Assembly (NCBI GenBank): GCA_030141605.1
Contig: JAQGDQ010000491.1
Coordinates: forward strand, 1 to 64,000
Direction of reading: 5' to 3'
Source: Tubiluchus corallicola
Lineage: Eukaryota > Animalia > Priapulida
Length of the DNA stretch: 64,000 bases
In this document: one piece after another, positions 25,709 to 40,520 of the stretch
How positions within the stretch are numbered: position 1 is the stretch's first letter
How the letters are laid out: the number at the start of each line of letters is the position of its first letter
Translations under genes and position numbers: made by a program
Notes under the pieces: generated by a model
Told to the model about the DNA's origin: nothing
What the model saw: only the letters and a program-made list of their open reading frames with translations
Databases searched by the model: none

Positions 25709-28495
25709 TATTTGAGAGATTAGATTGTTTTGAGTTATAGTTTTAAGATTGGGTAAATAATGAAGAAAATCAGGAACACACACTGCAATGATACAGTTCT
25801 CGGGTAACATCAAAGAAGAACGTGATTTAATTTAAAGAAATAGCGTAAGTGAAACTTGAAAATCTTCACAGAAATACAATAAAGCACAATTACATCTGCC
25901 GCAAACACGCCCAGGAGAACTCTTCAACACGAAATTGATTCGTTTCGGTGTTCAGATGTTGCTTCCTGTTTGCTTACAAGTTTACGGTACAACATCTTGA
26001 ACTTGCACGCAATATGATAGAGCTCAATGTGATTTTTATATTTTAGATTTCCAGCAAAAAAGACAAATGGGTCCCAACTGGACGGGACAGGCAATGTATG
26101 GACTGTACTAGGTGGAAAATTCGCGCAACACGGATCGTTAGTTGCTTAGTGCACGAATTTTACACATTATTGAATGATTGAAGCAAAGACTTAACATTGC
26201 AGACAAAATCGCAAAATAAAGTGATAAACAGGATAGTCGAAACCTAGTACAAATTCCACAGCACGATGTTGATACTCTTAGACAAAACAATTTTAATAAA
26301 TCCTGGCTAACTACCAGGGAAAACTACTCAATTCATAGCTCTGGCCAGAAACAAAGTAGCTACTTTCAGTGATTCATTTACGCAATAAAACAATGCGATT
26401 CAAACTCCAGATTAAGTAAATTCGTTTATTATAAAGATTATTAACTCTCATTTTTAAATGGGTGCAGATAAGCTTGTCTTTGAACTGAGCGTTTCAATAG
26501 CGACGTTGCAAACCCCGTTAGGTATACACAACACAATATACGAGAATATATAATGAAACTTTATTACGTAATGGTGTTTATACATCGGAATCATGTTCTT
26601 ATTCTACAAACACCGGGCGTGATTAAACTGTGCCATAAAATTCAGATTAGAATAAACATTTGTTTAAGGAACACAGAAATAACATGCACGTCACGACTCA
26701 CAGAGTCACTATTACAATATTGGTAGGCGATAAAGGCGTGAAGTCCATAATGTTCTACCTATCACGTGCTAATGCAACAAAATTTCCTCAAAAATTTTAG
26801 GTAAGGTATACAAAGTAAAAAAGAATGTCATTGAAATTACAACTTTGATTTGCGATGACAATTTAAGGCACATTCAAATTTAAAATATGAAGTTAAAAAT
26901 TGTGGTTTATACCAAGTGTACACCATTTACTGCTTACAGTATTTACGTGGTCAGCAAAGCATATCAAAAGACCCGCAATTCAGAGTTCTATTTAATCCCT
27001 TTCGTGAAATTTATTTGCCCCAATTTTTTGCACCTGAGCGAGCGTTATTTAAATAATTAAGATGATTCATCGCTGAAAAATGTGAGGGCTACGTGACGGT
27101 GGTGTGGTAACACGCACAATGACTCTTTCCTGTACCTTGGCACTATAGAAAATGTAACAAAACAATGATGCAATGAAAGGCGTTGTGTGGAAACTGGAGT
27201 TCAAACGCAACAGTTGGAAAAGTGCCAATTTCACTGGCACGAAAGATCCCAAGGCTTTTCTATTCTTGCAAGTCTACGTATGATTGTAAGTCGCAGCTGT
27301 TTCAAGTCTTTCTCATTCACTATACAAGAATAACGCAGCAAAATCCACGACAAAATCAATTTTGACAAATCCAAATGATTTTGACTGCCAAGGTTTTTTT
27401 GTTACTAATCCAACTTGGCGCCGTTGAAAATGTGACATGAAATACAATACTAAGCAAATCCTCAATACTGACCGAATATGCACACCAAATCCGTGTCTCG
27501 GAGATCGATAATCGATCAATAACTTCTCGATAAATTACTACTTGTTGAAATCAAAGTAATATAAGTACGGGCAGTGCGTTTTCCCTTGAGGTTTTCTATT
27601 TCTGCATGAATAGAATTTCGGGAACTCCTACTTGCAGTAAAAAGGGTAAATACAACAAAATACTGCACAATTTATATAAGGCGTCTTTATTTAAGCAGGT
27701 AGAAAAGTTTGCTCAAGCAATTGACAGTTTCCTGGTCAGAATGCAAATAATTCGTGTGCCATATTTGGTGCTTCCTGTTATCATGTCACAGAAAAAATAA
27801 GAAGGTACAGCACAATGCATACCTTGTATTTAAACGCACATCTACGTGTACCTTACACTGTAATTTAGAAAAAATTCTCACTACTTACTAAGCCCCCATA
27901 GCAACGCAATGAATTCAATAAATTCAATGATTTTTTGCTACAATCCATTCCATACTTGTACATATTACTATATTACATACTACACATTACATATTAACAA
28001 ATACTATCTGATTAAAGATATCAATAGATAATTATATACTTCATTCACCATAAATATAGATTACAATAAAATGAAAATCCTCAGTGTTAAAAATATTTTC
28101 GTATCTTATAATTCTCATTTTACTGTAGTCTCTTTTTCGGGCAAATAAAGTATATATAAGTATATAATCATTTATTGATATTTTTAATTAGAGAATATTT
28201 GTTAAATTCTTCAAAAGAAAAAGTTACATAAATTATTATGATGTGCTTTGCAGTTTGTATGGAAAGTTTACAAGATTATTATAAAAAGGACCTTTAAGCC
28301 ATGGAAATCTAGCATTTACAGAAAACCTGTACAGTGAATATACATATATATAATTTGACTTTTCGTTCATCTTTTAGACAAACTTAAAATGCAACAAAAA
28401 TTGCAAAAAAGTTACACGTTTGTGAAGCAGTAATTCCCAATTTGTGTAAGCTAGATATAAATAGTTTATTTTGACGTATGCTATAAAAGTGTTAC

Positions 28496-28591
28496 CTTTG
28501 TACGCCCGAATTCACAAGCAAGATCGAGAGGAGTTTTGTGATCATTGTTCCTCAATGTGACATCAGAGTGATATTGTAACAAAATCTCAAC
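28496..28591 (-). CDS. CASKIN: Caskin coding exon 5 (VEILLQYHSDVTLRNNDHKTPLDLACEFGRTK)
   Basis: Poly-T plus cag acceptor and AAG|GTAAC donor; 96 nt, phase 0-0. Contains the KTPLDLACEFGR Caskin motif. Confidence 0.95.
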
Positions 28592-30798
28592 CTGAAAAAA
28601 AATCAAAGACAGTTGAGTAAGACAAATTATAAGTACGGTACTGTTTTATACTCACATCACTTTTGGGTGATGATAATAATATTCATTTAAGGAAATTATG
28701 CTGCTTGTCTATCATTTAAAACTAACAGGGACTGGCTCACAACGTTTTGTATTACAACGATCCCTTAATCCCAAGTCCAAACAACAAGAATAATGACATT
28801 TGTGGCTCACAGGTCGTTCGATGCGCAGCAGCCACATAGTTACAACCACAGACATATTCAAAGATCTTCTTATCCGGGCTCCGCTTAAAGAGTTGCAAAG
28901 ACGAATATTTACAGCAATATGGGGCATAATATAGCACAGGTGCCGTAGAAATGTCTCAAGGGTATATATAGGACTCGAAATAAAAGAGTAAACCGTCACC
29001 ACTTTTTTTGAAAATGCATTTATTTGACAGACATGACAAATATGACAATTTTCTAAACAGTTATTATGTAGTCGGGAGTCGTTAACTATACGAATTCAGA
29101 AATCATTAGAAAGACCATTAGTTCCAAATTTTCAAAAGTTTGTCATTGGATATGTAGCTAAAACGCTGAAAGCAAACTTCGGAATGAGCTTCCCGATTAT
29201 TACACGTCCAGAATTTCTATAAATACATGGCTGAGGAAAGCAACCTCGTGCACATTATGACACCAGAATGAGCAAAGCTAATACAAGTATATGAATCAGA
29301 CAGCACTAATGTCATTACAAGGAAGCTGGGAGCGTTGAGTGGATGAGAACATGGCAAACAAATCGTATTTATTTGCTTGACTAACTGATGAAGTGACCTA
29401 TTTGAGTGTATGTCACGTCTTACAGCCGAAGAAACCAACAGCAGCTGTCAGTTCTGATATCTGGTTCTGTGACCTGCCGATAGAGCGCATGGCTGCACAA
29501 AGACAATGACAACAATTACAAGACAGTGTTTTAATTTTCTCATATTTCCATGGCAACCAGGCAGGGCATCTAGCTTCTGCCTGCTCAAACGTGAACGGCA
29601 GCTGGAAAAAAGAATGATGTCCCACAAGCGCCTTTTCCACAGCAAATATAGTTGCACAAATTAATTAGAAGTTCCCAGGAGATGCAAAAAACAAGGTTAG
29701 TAGGATTGCTGAAAAGGTTCGCATAAATCCCAAACTGGAGCTTTGGAATGTGGGAGCTAACTTTAAAACACTTATATTAAATACAAGTTAAACCCACTAT
29801 TTACAATGTCGTTACAATGTCACGAATTTTGATCAAAACAAGTGAAAAAAATCTGTTGGGGCAACTTAAACCACAATGTTAAATTTTGATTATGTTTTTT
29901 AATTCAGACACAGTTCATCAGCCAGCTAACTTAATTACGCAAAACGTAAGAAAAGCAGCTTTTATGTTTAAGGGCACTTTAAACAAAGTGAGCTAATCAG
30001 TCAGCTGGCTTCATTATTATGCAAAATACGAAAGTGAAGTGGTCTCATGACGTAACAGCACGGTGAGCAAACATACAAGGCTTTGTTCGTAAAAGCAATG
30101 TTTGCCTTGTCAACGAGTGTACTTTCCATTCGTGTCACACATCTGGGAAGAGAAAACTAGGACCAGAGAAGGGAAAGTATCTGTAACAGATGACACAGTT
30201 CAAAGGTTAATTCTTAAAAAGCAATTTAAGAAAGGTTGGTAAAATCACCATAAAATGCCCAGCAAACCAAATTATGAAACAACTAATTACATGTACACTG
30301 ATTATACTTGCAAATACGTGAGACTGAATAGAGTTTCAAGGCCAGCAAAACATAAAGGAATCCCAGAGTGCCCAAATGCTATCATCGAATGATCAGAACA
30401 ATTATGAATTTAATGCTTTTATAATGTGGAGGAGGGCATTTAACGAATTAGGTGCTGATCACGCTGATTCAAATTTTTCAAAAGCGCTATCGCTACGACA
30501 ATCTTTTAAATTTTCTAAATTTCACTTTTCGTGAGTCGTGAGTGAATTCTAACAGGACTGTGACCTGTATTTTAAGGACAATATAAACAAAAACATAATG
30601 TCCCAATTTTTGTAGCTATTCCTATAATTATAGGTAGTGATTCCATTGAATGGGGTACTAATGTCACAATACTATGCAAAGAACTAAATGAGTTTGTACG
30701 AATAACCTGCGCTATTGACTTCGAAAATAACTCTGAAAAAGCAATTTTAAAATGCAATTCGAGTTTTAGACGTAATCATGTAAAAAACTGCTCCCGCA

Positions 30799-30805
<7 letters not shown>

Positions 30806-30837
<32 letters not shown>

Positions 30838-30913
30838 GTGTGTGCATGTATGTGTGTGTGGGTGTGTGCGTGCATGCGTGCGTGTGTGTGGGTGTGTGCT
30901 TGCGTGTGCGTGT
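30806..30913. repeat. (TA)n plus (TG/CG)n microsatellite
   Basis: Direct reading; alternating purine-pyrimidine. Confidence 0.95.
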
Positions 30914-32560
30914 CTAAAGATATTAGTTGACTTTAGGTAACACAGGCCTGTTACAAAAACAAGTAATGTCAATTAAACACATTTCCTAACACGAGTGTAG
31001 AACTGTATAAATAAAATGTTTCAAGAACAAGTATACATGTGAACTTGAAAGTTCATTCAGTTTCAACAGACTGTTACAATAACTTTAATTTTCAACTGAA
31101 GGTTACGTCAGCAATAAAGCTTACAGAATGGCAACTTTGCTAAGATAAGCCGTAACGGCAAATGCTCGGTCTATTTTTCTCCGCGCAATAATACGTCACA
31201 CAAAACGTATATTGGTTTTTTGATTTTGTTTTTATCGTTCTGAAATCAAATCATAACGGTTGCAGATCCCCAAACACGCAGCCACGGATGATTGATGACT
31301 GAGAGGTCCATTTTCAATATGTCAGACATGCAGTTGATACCGATGTTTTGCAAAAATGTCGCAATTAAACCGTACAGCAAACCACCAACGACGAAAAATT
31401 ATACGCCAAGATTGGTCTGTCATGTTTACATGCAAGGGTAAGAGTTAGCTGTAGACTAAATAAAGGAGTACTGACCGCTAAATACCATAGAAATATGTGA
31501 TTAATGACTAAATAAACTACCACCGGCGAAAAATTATAATAAGAATGAACTGCCGTATTTAAAGCAGAAGGGTAGGAGATGTGTAACATACTAAACAGTA
31601 GCCGTTAAACATTTCAAAAACATGTTGATTAATCGTTAAATAATCACAATATAATGCAGCGAAAGGGTCAATTTTGAAGTTTTTGAGGTCGAACGCTATC
31701 GAAAACGACCGCGTAGTCACGTAAACCCGAACTGTCCACAAAATACTTGCAGAAAGCAGTCTACAGTAACATCCGCCTCAGCTCAGGAATTAGCAAGCAA
31801 TTAATTCTCGAACGCAACGCACGCGCAAGGGTTTTTGCGAAGCTCTTCAAGAGACTGGCGTAACCATCTGTATAGCTTAATTGCTTGAAAAACAGATTAA
31901 TTCACGGATAAAGTCAAAGTTTCAAGAAGCGCATTCTAGGCATGAACGTAAGAATGAGTGCAGAAAAGATAGTTAAGCTACAGAGCTCAAGAAAAGCGTT
32001 AAAAATTAAGGTTAAGTTCAAACAGCAACTGAGAAATTTATCAGTATAATTTCCGTATTATATAATGCATCGCCATATTATATATGTATAATATATAATT
32101 ATATATAATTGATCCATTATATGATAGAAAAAATGATTGAAAGGCACGAGATTGGGACGGTATGTCGTCTATAAATGGAAAAAATGATCTAATACTGCAG
32201 AGCTAAGAAAAGAAATCACGTACAGTACTCGCAAAAATTCGTACAAAAGCAAAATTAATATACGTTATAAATACAGTATCACTGCAAGAAGAATGAACAA
32301 GGTTAAGACCACTTTGTTGCAGTCAAATGTTTCATCCAAAATTATATAATAATATGAATTTATTTATTTCACAGTGAATTCTGCTATAGCATCCTCCTCC
32401 AAATAGTACACCAAATGACAAATAACATTATATAATAATTATCAGGTATTATAATGGTGCTTAATTACTCTGCTTATACGCATGCTGGCATTTCTCAACA
32501 AAAAAGTTTAAAATTTTGTATTTGAAATCAGAATATCATAAATCGCAAACTCTCATTTTC

Positions 32561-33221
32561 TTAAAGGACAAGAAAAGGAGTACCTGAAGTAGGTTTCAGA
32601 AAAATCCTCTTAAAAATTAAATTACTTTATAGCAATTTTATGCGTATATCGTACTCACGTTAAAAGGAATTTTTGTTTGTTTTCATTTTAAATCTCCCGC
32701 AATACTGTTCCGGCCTCGCCATTACATGACGTCACTACGCAAACGTAAATCAGGAGAAGAAAAGGCAATGTTAAATTATGTCCCAAAAAGTTTCTATGCG
32801 AATCCATATTATTTAGCATTTCGCTTACCTGCTGAAAAGACTTATGTAACTAGAAATATTAATTTAAAATGTTTGTGCCAATTGGTAAAATGTCGCTGAC
32901 TCACCATTCAGTAACCAAAAACGTATTTTTAATCTTATTGACAAGATACAGTAATTTAACATTTTACTTAGTGGCACGTGCGCTACGAATGCCCTGATTA
33001 TTTTTTCAAACTTTACTCAGTGTTATCTAAACTTGTTTCAAACGACGTCCCATCAAAATGGCTGCGCCTAACGGTGAACGCGGGAGATTAAATTTACACG
33101 TTTTACATAGCGTGACTGCCGACGCATGCCCTGCATGCAAAAAGGCTGTATGTAAGCGGTATAAAATTTGAAGACGAATTTTTTGAGCTTTATGTAAGTG
33201 GAGGGTTTTCTTGTGCTTTAA
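32561..33221. mobile_element. Kolobok-like MITE, family B copy 1
   Basis: Left end TTAAAGGACAAGAAAA; the right end reverse-complements to TTAAAGCACAAGAAAA. Confidence 0.65.
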
Positions 33222-34594
33222 GCTTTAAAATCAAAATCATACGTTAACAAACGCCAATATAATAGCAATAAATATTCCGTCAAGCCGTTTATTAATCCGG
33301 CAGACGCTGAACTGAAATTGGCTTCAGCATCGCAATAATGAAGAATTATTACAGACTGGTGCACAGCTGCTCAAGTTATGAACTTTGCTTACACGCACGG
33401 GCTTATATATTGGTCACGATTTTCAATTGATTTTTCAGTTTAGTTCATTACACAGTTGTGGAACAGTTCAGCTCCAAATTGAGCTTTTAAGTTCCTAATA
33501 AGTAATAACAGCAGAGTACAAGCAAAGAGTAATGTCGTGATTTGTTCAGATTTTTCCAACAAAATGTACAAACTGAGACAGGCTGAATTGAAAAGTTCAG
33601 TTCACAGAGTAAGGAACGCAACTGAATTTGGCAGATACATGTATTTGCTTTAGCTGACTCGTTTAATAACAATTAGATACTTAACAAGACCATACCTTAT
33701 GTGACTGAAATATGTATTTTGTATCATTAATTGTCAATAAATTATACTACTATGTCCAGTTTAGACTGAACATTAACAACGTGACTGAATGAGACTCATA
33801 CATGTCATTCAAGCGTGTCATGCATCCCTGATAAGTGCTGTGTACCTACATTATCATGCTTCCCCAGACGGAAAACGGAGCTCTGCAACAAAGCTTATAT
33901 GGGAACATTTCAAACAATGGTCGGTGCAAAATGCAAGTAACGCTTTAGAAATTAATAAGTTTGGTGTAATTTTTCGAAAGCTCCCGTATAAAAATGCCTA
34001 TATTTAAATAAGACCATTTCAATAGAAAAATATTATATTTGGTTTACTCGAAGCAAATGACAAACCCTGAATTTTAATCACGCGGTGAAGTCTATTAAAT
34101 ATATGCATAAGGTGGAGAAACATGGAGGTACCAACCTTCAGATACTAAAAAAAATCCAAGATAGTTTATAACATCTGAAATATATGTATATCGAAAATGC
34201 CAGAGTGTAGTTACTGCATATCTTTACTGCTTGCAATTAATCGCATTTATACAGTCAGTTGGTGCTTGTAATTGCTTACTGTTGTTATAAATGTCTTGTT
34301 TTTGTAATTTGTAAAGTAAGTTTTGTATTAAATAAAATGTTGAATATAAAAAAGCTCTGCAACAAAAGCAGTAATGCAAAAACTTAGACGTCTCATCAAG
34401 GTAAAAACCACCGTATGTGACTGAAAAATTATGCAAGTTGAATTATATCGGAATAACGCAAAAGTTATCATTCAGTTTACATCATCACTTAAAAACTGCG
34501 TGTCACTCCCTCACGTGCACGACAAACCTTCGGGGACGCCTGGCAGTCTAGACAGGACTTTAGTATCACGACAAAATACAACGTGACAGCTTAC

Positions 34595-34740
34595 CACATT
34601 GTGATGGCCATGCTGACAAGCCAAATGTAGTGGAATGCTGCCGTCTTTAGCTGCCTGATTAGCAGAAGATCCTATCTGGAGTAGAAGCCGTACTGGTTCA
34701 AGCCAACCCTGCCAGGCTGCATAATGCAGTGGTCTCATGC
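34595..34740 (-). CDS. CASKIN: Caskin coding exon 4, ankyrin repeats ([49 protein letters not shown])
   Basis: tttcag acceptor and GTAAGC donor; 146 nt. [12 protein letters not shown] is characteristic of Caskin. Lies inside ORF 34511..34753. Confidence 0.96.
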
Positions 34741-36976
34741 CTGAAATATACAAACTTACTTAGCTCCACACAACATTAGGCTATTAAAATAAGACGATAT
34801 AATAGGCAAAACTAATATACACTTTCAAAATTCACTATATAGCGATATTGAAAATAACGCACTATATATACCAGAAAAGTTAGCAGGAATAATCTCTAGC
34901 ATTTCACACACAGGTAGAAGAGAAGTTGTACTTTGCCTGGTTGTTTCAGAAATGTGTTCACAACAAAAACGACTGAGCTCTCGTCGCCTCCTAACAGATT
35001 TAAAAAATGACATGTCTCGGGGCTATTCCCACGCGGGGATTACACAGTTTTGAAGGTAACGTTTACCTACTGATAAGTATCTGTTTTTGTTGTTTCGCAT
35101 ATCTGAGTAAAAATGAGGCTTTAAAAAAGAAAGTGACGCCCAGTCGTGCGAGCTAATTTTTCAGGATTTTCCTCCTTTCTTGCTACAGGCAACGATATTT
35201 CTATTAGGTCTTTGTAATATTACGCTAATTTAAATGTTATACGGGTTTTAATTCAACAGAACACTTTGACATGATAAAACAAACCCAAAAAATGGTCAAA
35301 CTAAGGCTAACAAAGTTAATATTTCTTAGAGTAGCATCACATTCACATAGAAAAAACTCATAACACAAGTGTTTCATTCACGGGCGACGGAGCTGGGGGG
35401 GGGGCAGCTGGAGCAACACTTTGCCTTTTTGATGGAAAAACATGTGGTTATCCATGATTACCTCTAAGAGTTTACGGGAGCATATATCCCAGTAATGATA
35501 AAGCCTCATCACGTAAACATGCTTGTGGCTCTCAGTATATTTAATAGTAAATAAACAGGGAGAGGTCAGCATTATCAAAACTGAACTCTACATGAAAACG
35601 TGCATCTATTGTTTGTTCATTTTAAAAGGAATACGTGAGAGGCAGAAGGCATTTGGAGTTCCTTAGATATACTCTTATACACAAGAACACAAGTCATATC
35701 GTCATTAGCGTGGCTACAAAAATATGGGTAAACAAAATGTACGCCCTTTTCACAAATACTGCCCCCGCCCAAGTAATTTGATGCCGGCGCCCCTGGTTTT
35801 ATTAGTATAAAAATACAGCAACTGCATACAACAGCAGTGAAATATCAATAAGGATTGTTTGTTACAATAACCAAAAAACTGGGTTAGCCGAAAGGTGCGC
35901 TTAAGTTAGCAAAAATAATCAAAATTTTGAAAAACTAGAGTCCAGAACAGCAAAACTTTACGCACAGTTCCTCCCAAACTACGTAAATGCTATGTGACAT
36001 TATAAAATTTTATAAACAAAAATAAGTCATTTATTATTGTTGCAAACCTACGAAGCAAACTTACCAATTACCCTTTGGCTTCCTAGTTCAATGGTGTTTA
36101 ATTACTTCAGATTCGTCGCTTTTGCAATCAATATCATTACAATAGCACTGCACAGTCCCTACCACCAAAGAGCATTTCCCCATCTTCGAAAAAAAACTAT
36201 GGGGAAATACTATTTGGTACTGCAAACAGACGCATGCAAAAGCTGTGTTTGCATACTCAAGGAACACACACAAAGCGAACACATCAGAACAGTTTTTTCT
36301 TTGTTTTCCATCATAATGGCTGTACTGCTGTAGTGGTTTTTACCCCCAAAGTATGATGAGAATTACACAAGTGTTGTCCTAAGCTTACATGGATCAAAAA
36401 GAGTCTTTCATTTGAGGATTGAGGAAAAGAAGACTCAATGCTCAATCAACATTGCATCAAACGTATGGAAAATAAACAATTCTATCAAACGGCAAATTTT
36501 ACTTACTATTAAAATAAAAAATGGCTAGGTAATGGATTAATTAGAATAATGACATCAATTTTGCTATAAGTAAGATCATAAGATCACTATAGGAAGCATA
36601 ATCAGGTAAAAAATATATAAAAATGCACAAAGGTCTCTTCAGAAAAAATGGCAAGTAAACGCAGCGAGTGCAAGGGTCTCGAAAAACGAATTTCATCAAG
36701 TTTATTCGCTGGCATACGAGCCGAAACTATGAGCTGCATATTAGATTTAGCATTTATTCAAAAAGATCGAACACAATGAACAAAAATAACAGGTCGCACC
36801 TGTTCGTAAAAGTTGAAATTTTAATCGGCTGAGGAACGTCAGTTAAGAGAATTCAAATGGGTCAATGGGCTTAAGCCATTACTATTTACAGATAAAACAC
36901 ATTTGAACAGAATAAAATCTCGTGAATAGATATGAAAATCAATAATGATTGGAAAACAAGCATATCATGCAGTAGC

Positions 36977-37640
36977 TTAAAGCACAGAAAACACTCTTCA
37001 TAGCTTAAAAAATTCGTCTTGAAATTTTATAAGCTCTTACATGCTGTCTTATAGCGCAAAAAAAACTTGCGTTCGCACTAACGCTGCATAAAACTTGTAA
37101 ACATAAAACTCCCGCGATGACCATTATACAGGCTAAACGATTTTAAAGGTAAGTCGTTTGGAATAAGTTTAGAAAACATTGCGTAAAGTTTGAAAAAATA
37201 ATCAGAGCATTTGTAGAACACTCTTCACTAACTAAGCAAAAGTATAAATTACTTTATATTGGTAATATTATTAATAATGTGTTTTTATGAATGAGTGTTG
37301 AACACTGGGGTGGAGACGCGGTGCCGTATTACCAGTTGGCGCGAATATTTTAAATCATTAATAATTTTTTTGTAATTACAGAGGTCTTTTCAAACAGTTA
37401 ACCGTAATGCAAAGTAATAAAACTGTGTGGGAAGTTTTTTTTGGGACATACTTAAGAATAACATTTTCTTCCCTTTGAAATAAAATCGTGAAAATTAAAA
37501 TCTCTGTAGCAAGTTATATGAGTAAACTAAGTGCTAATTTCTTATACTGCATGTTTCGAACACAAGTTGTTGTTTTTTTTTCTTATTAACATTCTAGACG
37601 TGAAACATAATAAATGCAAAAACGGCGTGTAAATTTAACA
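36977..37640. mobile_element. Kolobok-like MITE, family B copy 2 (inverted, right end approximate)
   Basis: Begins TTAAAGCACAGAAAAC...AAAAAATTCGTCTTGAAATTTTATA, matching the reverse complement of 33160-33221. The internal block TTTTTGGGACATA is also shared. Confidence 0.55.
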
Positions 37641-39499
37641 ACCTATAATCATGACACAACATCAAAGATTAGCTTTGTGCAACTGTTATTTTCTACACGG
37701 CCCATTTCATAGCCCGCCTTTCTTTGCACTCGTAGGGGGTAAACAATAAAAACTGCGGTGCCGTTTTCCTCTTTCTGAAGGTGCGCGAACCCCTGCAGAT
37801 AAGACTTAAAACGGAAACGCCTCCTTTTCAGCAATAAACTGTCTCAAGATTTTAGCTTTATACTGCAATCTTGACCATTACCGGCTCACGCGACAGAGCT
37901 GGATAGGTAATAAACCAGTTGATTTAAACGCAGGTTTTGCACGCCATGACCATTAATCAGTTGGTGTAGATGGGTTTTCCATTCTGAGGTACATTTTACT
38001 GACCGATAAAACAGAAGAAGCCAATCTACATCTGTGTTTCAACAAATAGTGACAACAATGGAAGAAGTAACTGGGCATTGTCTTTTGCACAATTAAACTG
38101 TCGTCATTTATAATCCGGACTACAAGTAGCAGCTGCAGCCTTAAACTTTTTTAAAGATTTCCGAGGCAATTTAATGGTTCCTACACTCTGCATCAAAATT
38201 GAAATGCCCCTACTAACATTTTTATCATACTAGCTGGCTTGAGAGATCACGACCTAAACAAACATAGAGACTACCCCTTTGACAGAGTGTTTTATTTGAT
38301 GCTATCAAGCATTTTCCTAAAATATAAGGGTCCTGGTAACGGGTCAAGATGCGGGTACCCCAAAAGTGCAAGAAACTACTGGAAAATGTGTTACAGTGGC
38401 AGCTGATGCATTTTCATGAGAAATGTTCTGATGCTGATTCAAGTCACCTTGTGATGCTTGATCTTACTCCCATAGCAACCAAAAATTTTCACAAAGTTCT
38501 CAAATCAAAGGATTGCTATGGTCAGTCATGCAAATTTGCTTGAGTTGACCCGACAGCGGTGCATTAGTAGACAGACCACCCGGTTGCACATAAAAACGCC
38601 CGATTTACTGTTTCATTATTTCGGCACTTTTATACCTTCCAACTTTTTTTGGCATGTTTCTTTTTACATTTCCGAGTTAGCCCTTTTTATCTTACCTAGG
38701 TATGCATTCTATGAATCTCACCTGCCGTTTTGCACACCTCGACCACAGAGCAAGCTGTGTCATCCATGCGATATCCAATCAATAATAGAGAAATCGATGA
38801 TCATATACACAGTTGCTGGTGCCAAATAATAGAAATTTTACACACTATACGCGTTGCCTTCTTAGCGCAGCAATGTATCAAAACAAGAACAACACGACCT
38901 TAGTGCGCGTACTCGAAATAACCGTGGTATGGTAATGCAAAAGGTAAAGATGTACCAAAAACAGAATTGACTGAAGATAAGAAAAACATGAGAAAAAACA
39001 GCAGGATGTCTCTGACAACATTAAGCCACAGTCACAAAACAAAAACAATGTGGCAACATAAACAATTTTTGTATGTGACGTATCTCTTTTACGTTTGATA
39101 ATCATGAGTAAAAAAGATTAACTAAGTAAGTAGACGAAGATGCACAATTTACACATAATAACGTGAAGAGAGTAAAGAACACACAGAAAACACGAAAGTC
39201 AGTAGTCAACTACTACAGGGAAGCCATCAGCCAAAGCAATCAAAATGCTGTCGAAACAGCTACGTCCCACTCGACCAGAGAACAGAGATAAAACTAGAGA
39301 AAACGTTCGAGCTTCTGCCTATTATATGAGAACGAGAATAATGTCCATCCGGCCGAGTTCCGACAGAATGGCTGCGAAAGTGGTTTAACGCAAAGACGGG
39401 CAGCTTTTCACAGAATCCGAGATGCGGCTAGCATATGAAATCGTTCACAGTCAACTTAAGCTCATTTAAAGCGCATTTAGCTCAACCATTTATCTATGA

Positions 39500-39920
39500 C
39501 GAGAGTAATTACTAATCATGGAAGCATCTTGATAAGAAAACTAACCGACGGCGATTGACTGTTATGAATCCCGTTTGTCAGTTTAGTGAATTTACTGAAT
39601 TCAGCAGAAGAAGTTACAACTTAAACAATTTAATGAAGACAAATTAAAGGAGAAGTACAGACGTTTTTAAACTACAAGGAAGTATCGAGTGTTAAACAGA
39701 CGATCTTAGGAATGCTCATATGGTTGCCATTGGGAGTTAGACTGGGTGAGTTCAACACAGTTTGAGCTTGACAAAATGACCTGAGCTGCTAAATTAGTAA
39801 ATATTCCTCTGACTGCCCAAACCTAGTGTACAGTTCGTGAACTAGACCGCTACCAATAAACATAAATAGGGATGTTTTCAACTATATACAGATGATTTGC
39901 TTGAATACAAAGTCTTTCAA
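39500..39920. mobile_element. Possible decayed non-LTR reverse transcriptase fragments
   Basis: Plus strand FQLYTDDLLEYKV (~39876-39914) resembles the YADD motif. Minus strand PKIVCLTLDTSL*FK resembles the LG.TLD..L.F motif. Short and degenerate. Confidence 0.3.
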
Positions 39921-40150
39921 CATAATACCATTCAGGTGATGATTATTTGCCTAAATAAATCTCGATAATGCAGCACGAAGGTACCCATCTTCTACCTTTT
40001 AAATCTACAGTATCCAATTGTATACAGTTACATGTACAATACATGTACATGTTACATGTAACTTCGAAAGATTTTTTCTGGAATTTCTTTAATTTTGCAT
40101 GTTTTCTACGCATTTCTTGGCTTACCGTCATAATCATAAAATACCTCTAG

Positions 40151-40520
40151 AAATTCTAGCTTCATACTAACTGGCTTCAAACACGTTTCTTTGAAATTTT
40201 GAGTCTGTTTGCCAAGTGCCAAATGGTAACATATTCACTGCAATTATAAATTCATTTACTTGCTTACTTACTTACTTATTTTATTTTTTAAATTCTTTAT
40301 TTATTATTAGAATAAATAATTCGATCTTTAGCCAAAATTCTAGCTTCATACTAACTGGCTTCAAACACGTTTCTTTGAAATTTTGAGTCTGTTTGCCAAG
40401 TGCCAAATGGTAACATATTCACTGCAATTATAAATTTATTCACTTACTTACTTACTTATTTTATTTCTTAAATTCTTCATTTATTATTAGAATGATTAAT
40501 TCAATCTTTATCCAAAATTC
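40151..40520. repeat. Tandem duplication of a ~180-184 bp unit
   Basis: Units start AAATTCTAGCTTCATACTAACTGG at 40151 and 40335. The first ~100 nt are identical; the remainder differs at several positions. Confidence 0.95.

Noticed and set aside
28656-28720. GTGAGT donor 64 nt upstream of Caskin exon 5
   Set aside because: The phase-0 frame has a TGA ten codons back and no ATG. It could be a non-coding alternative exon, but nothing supports that.
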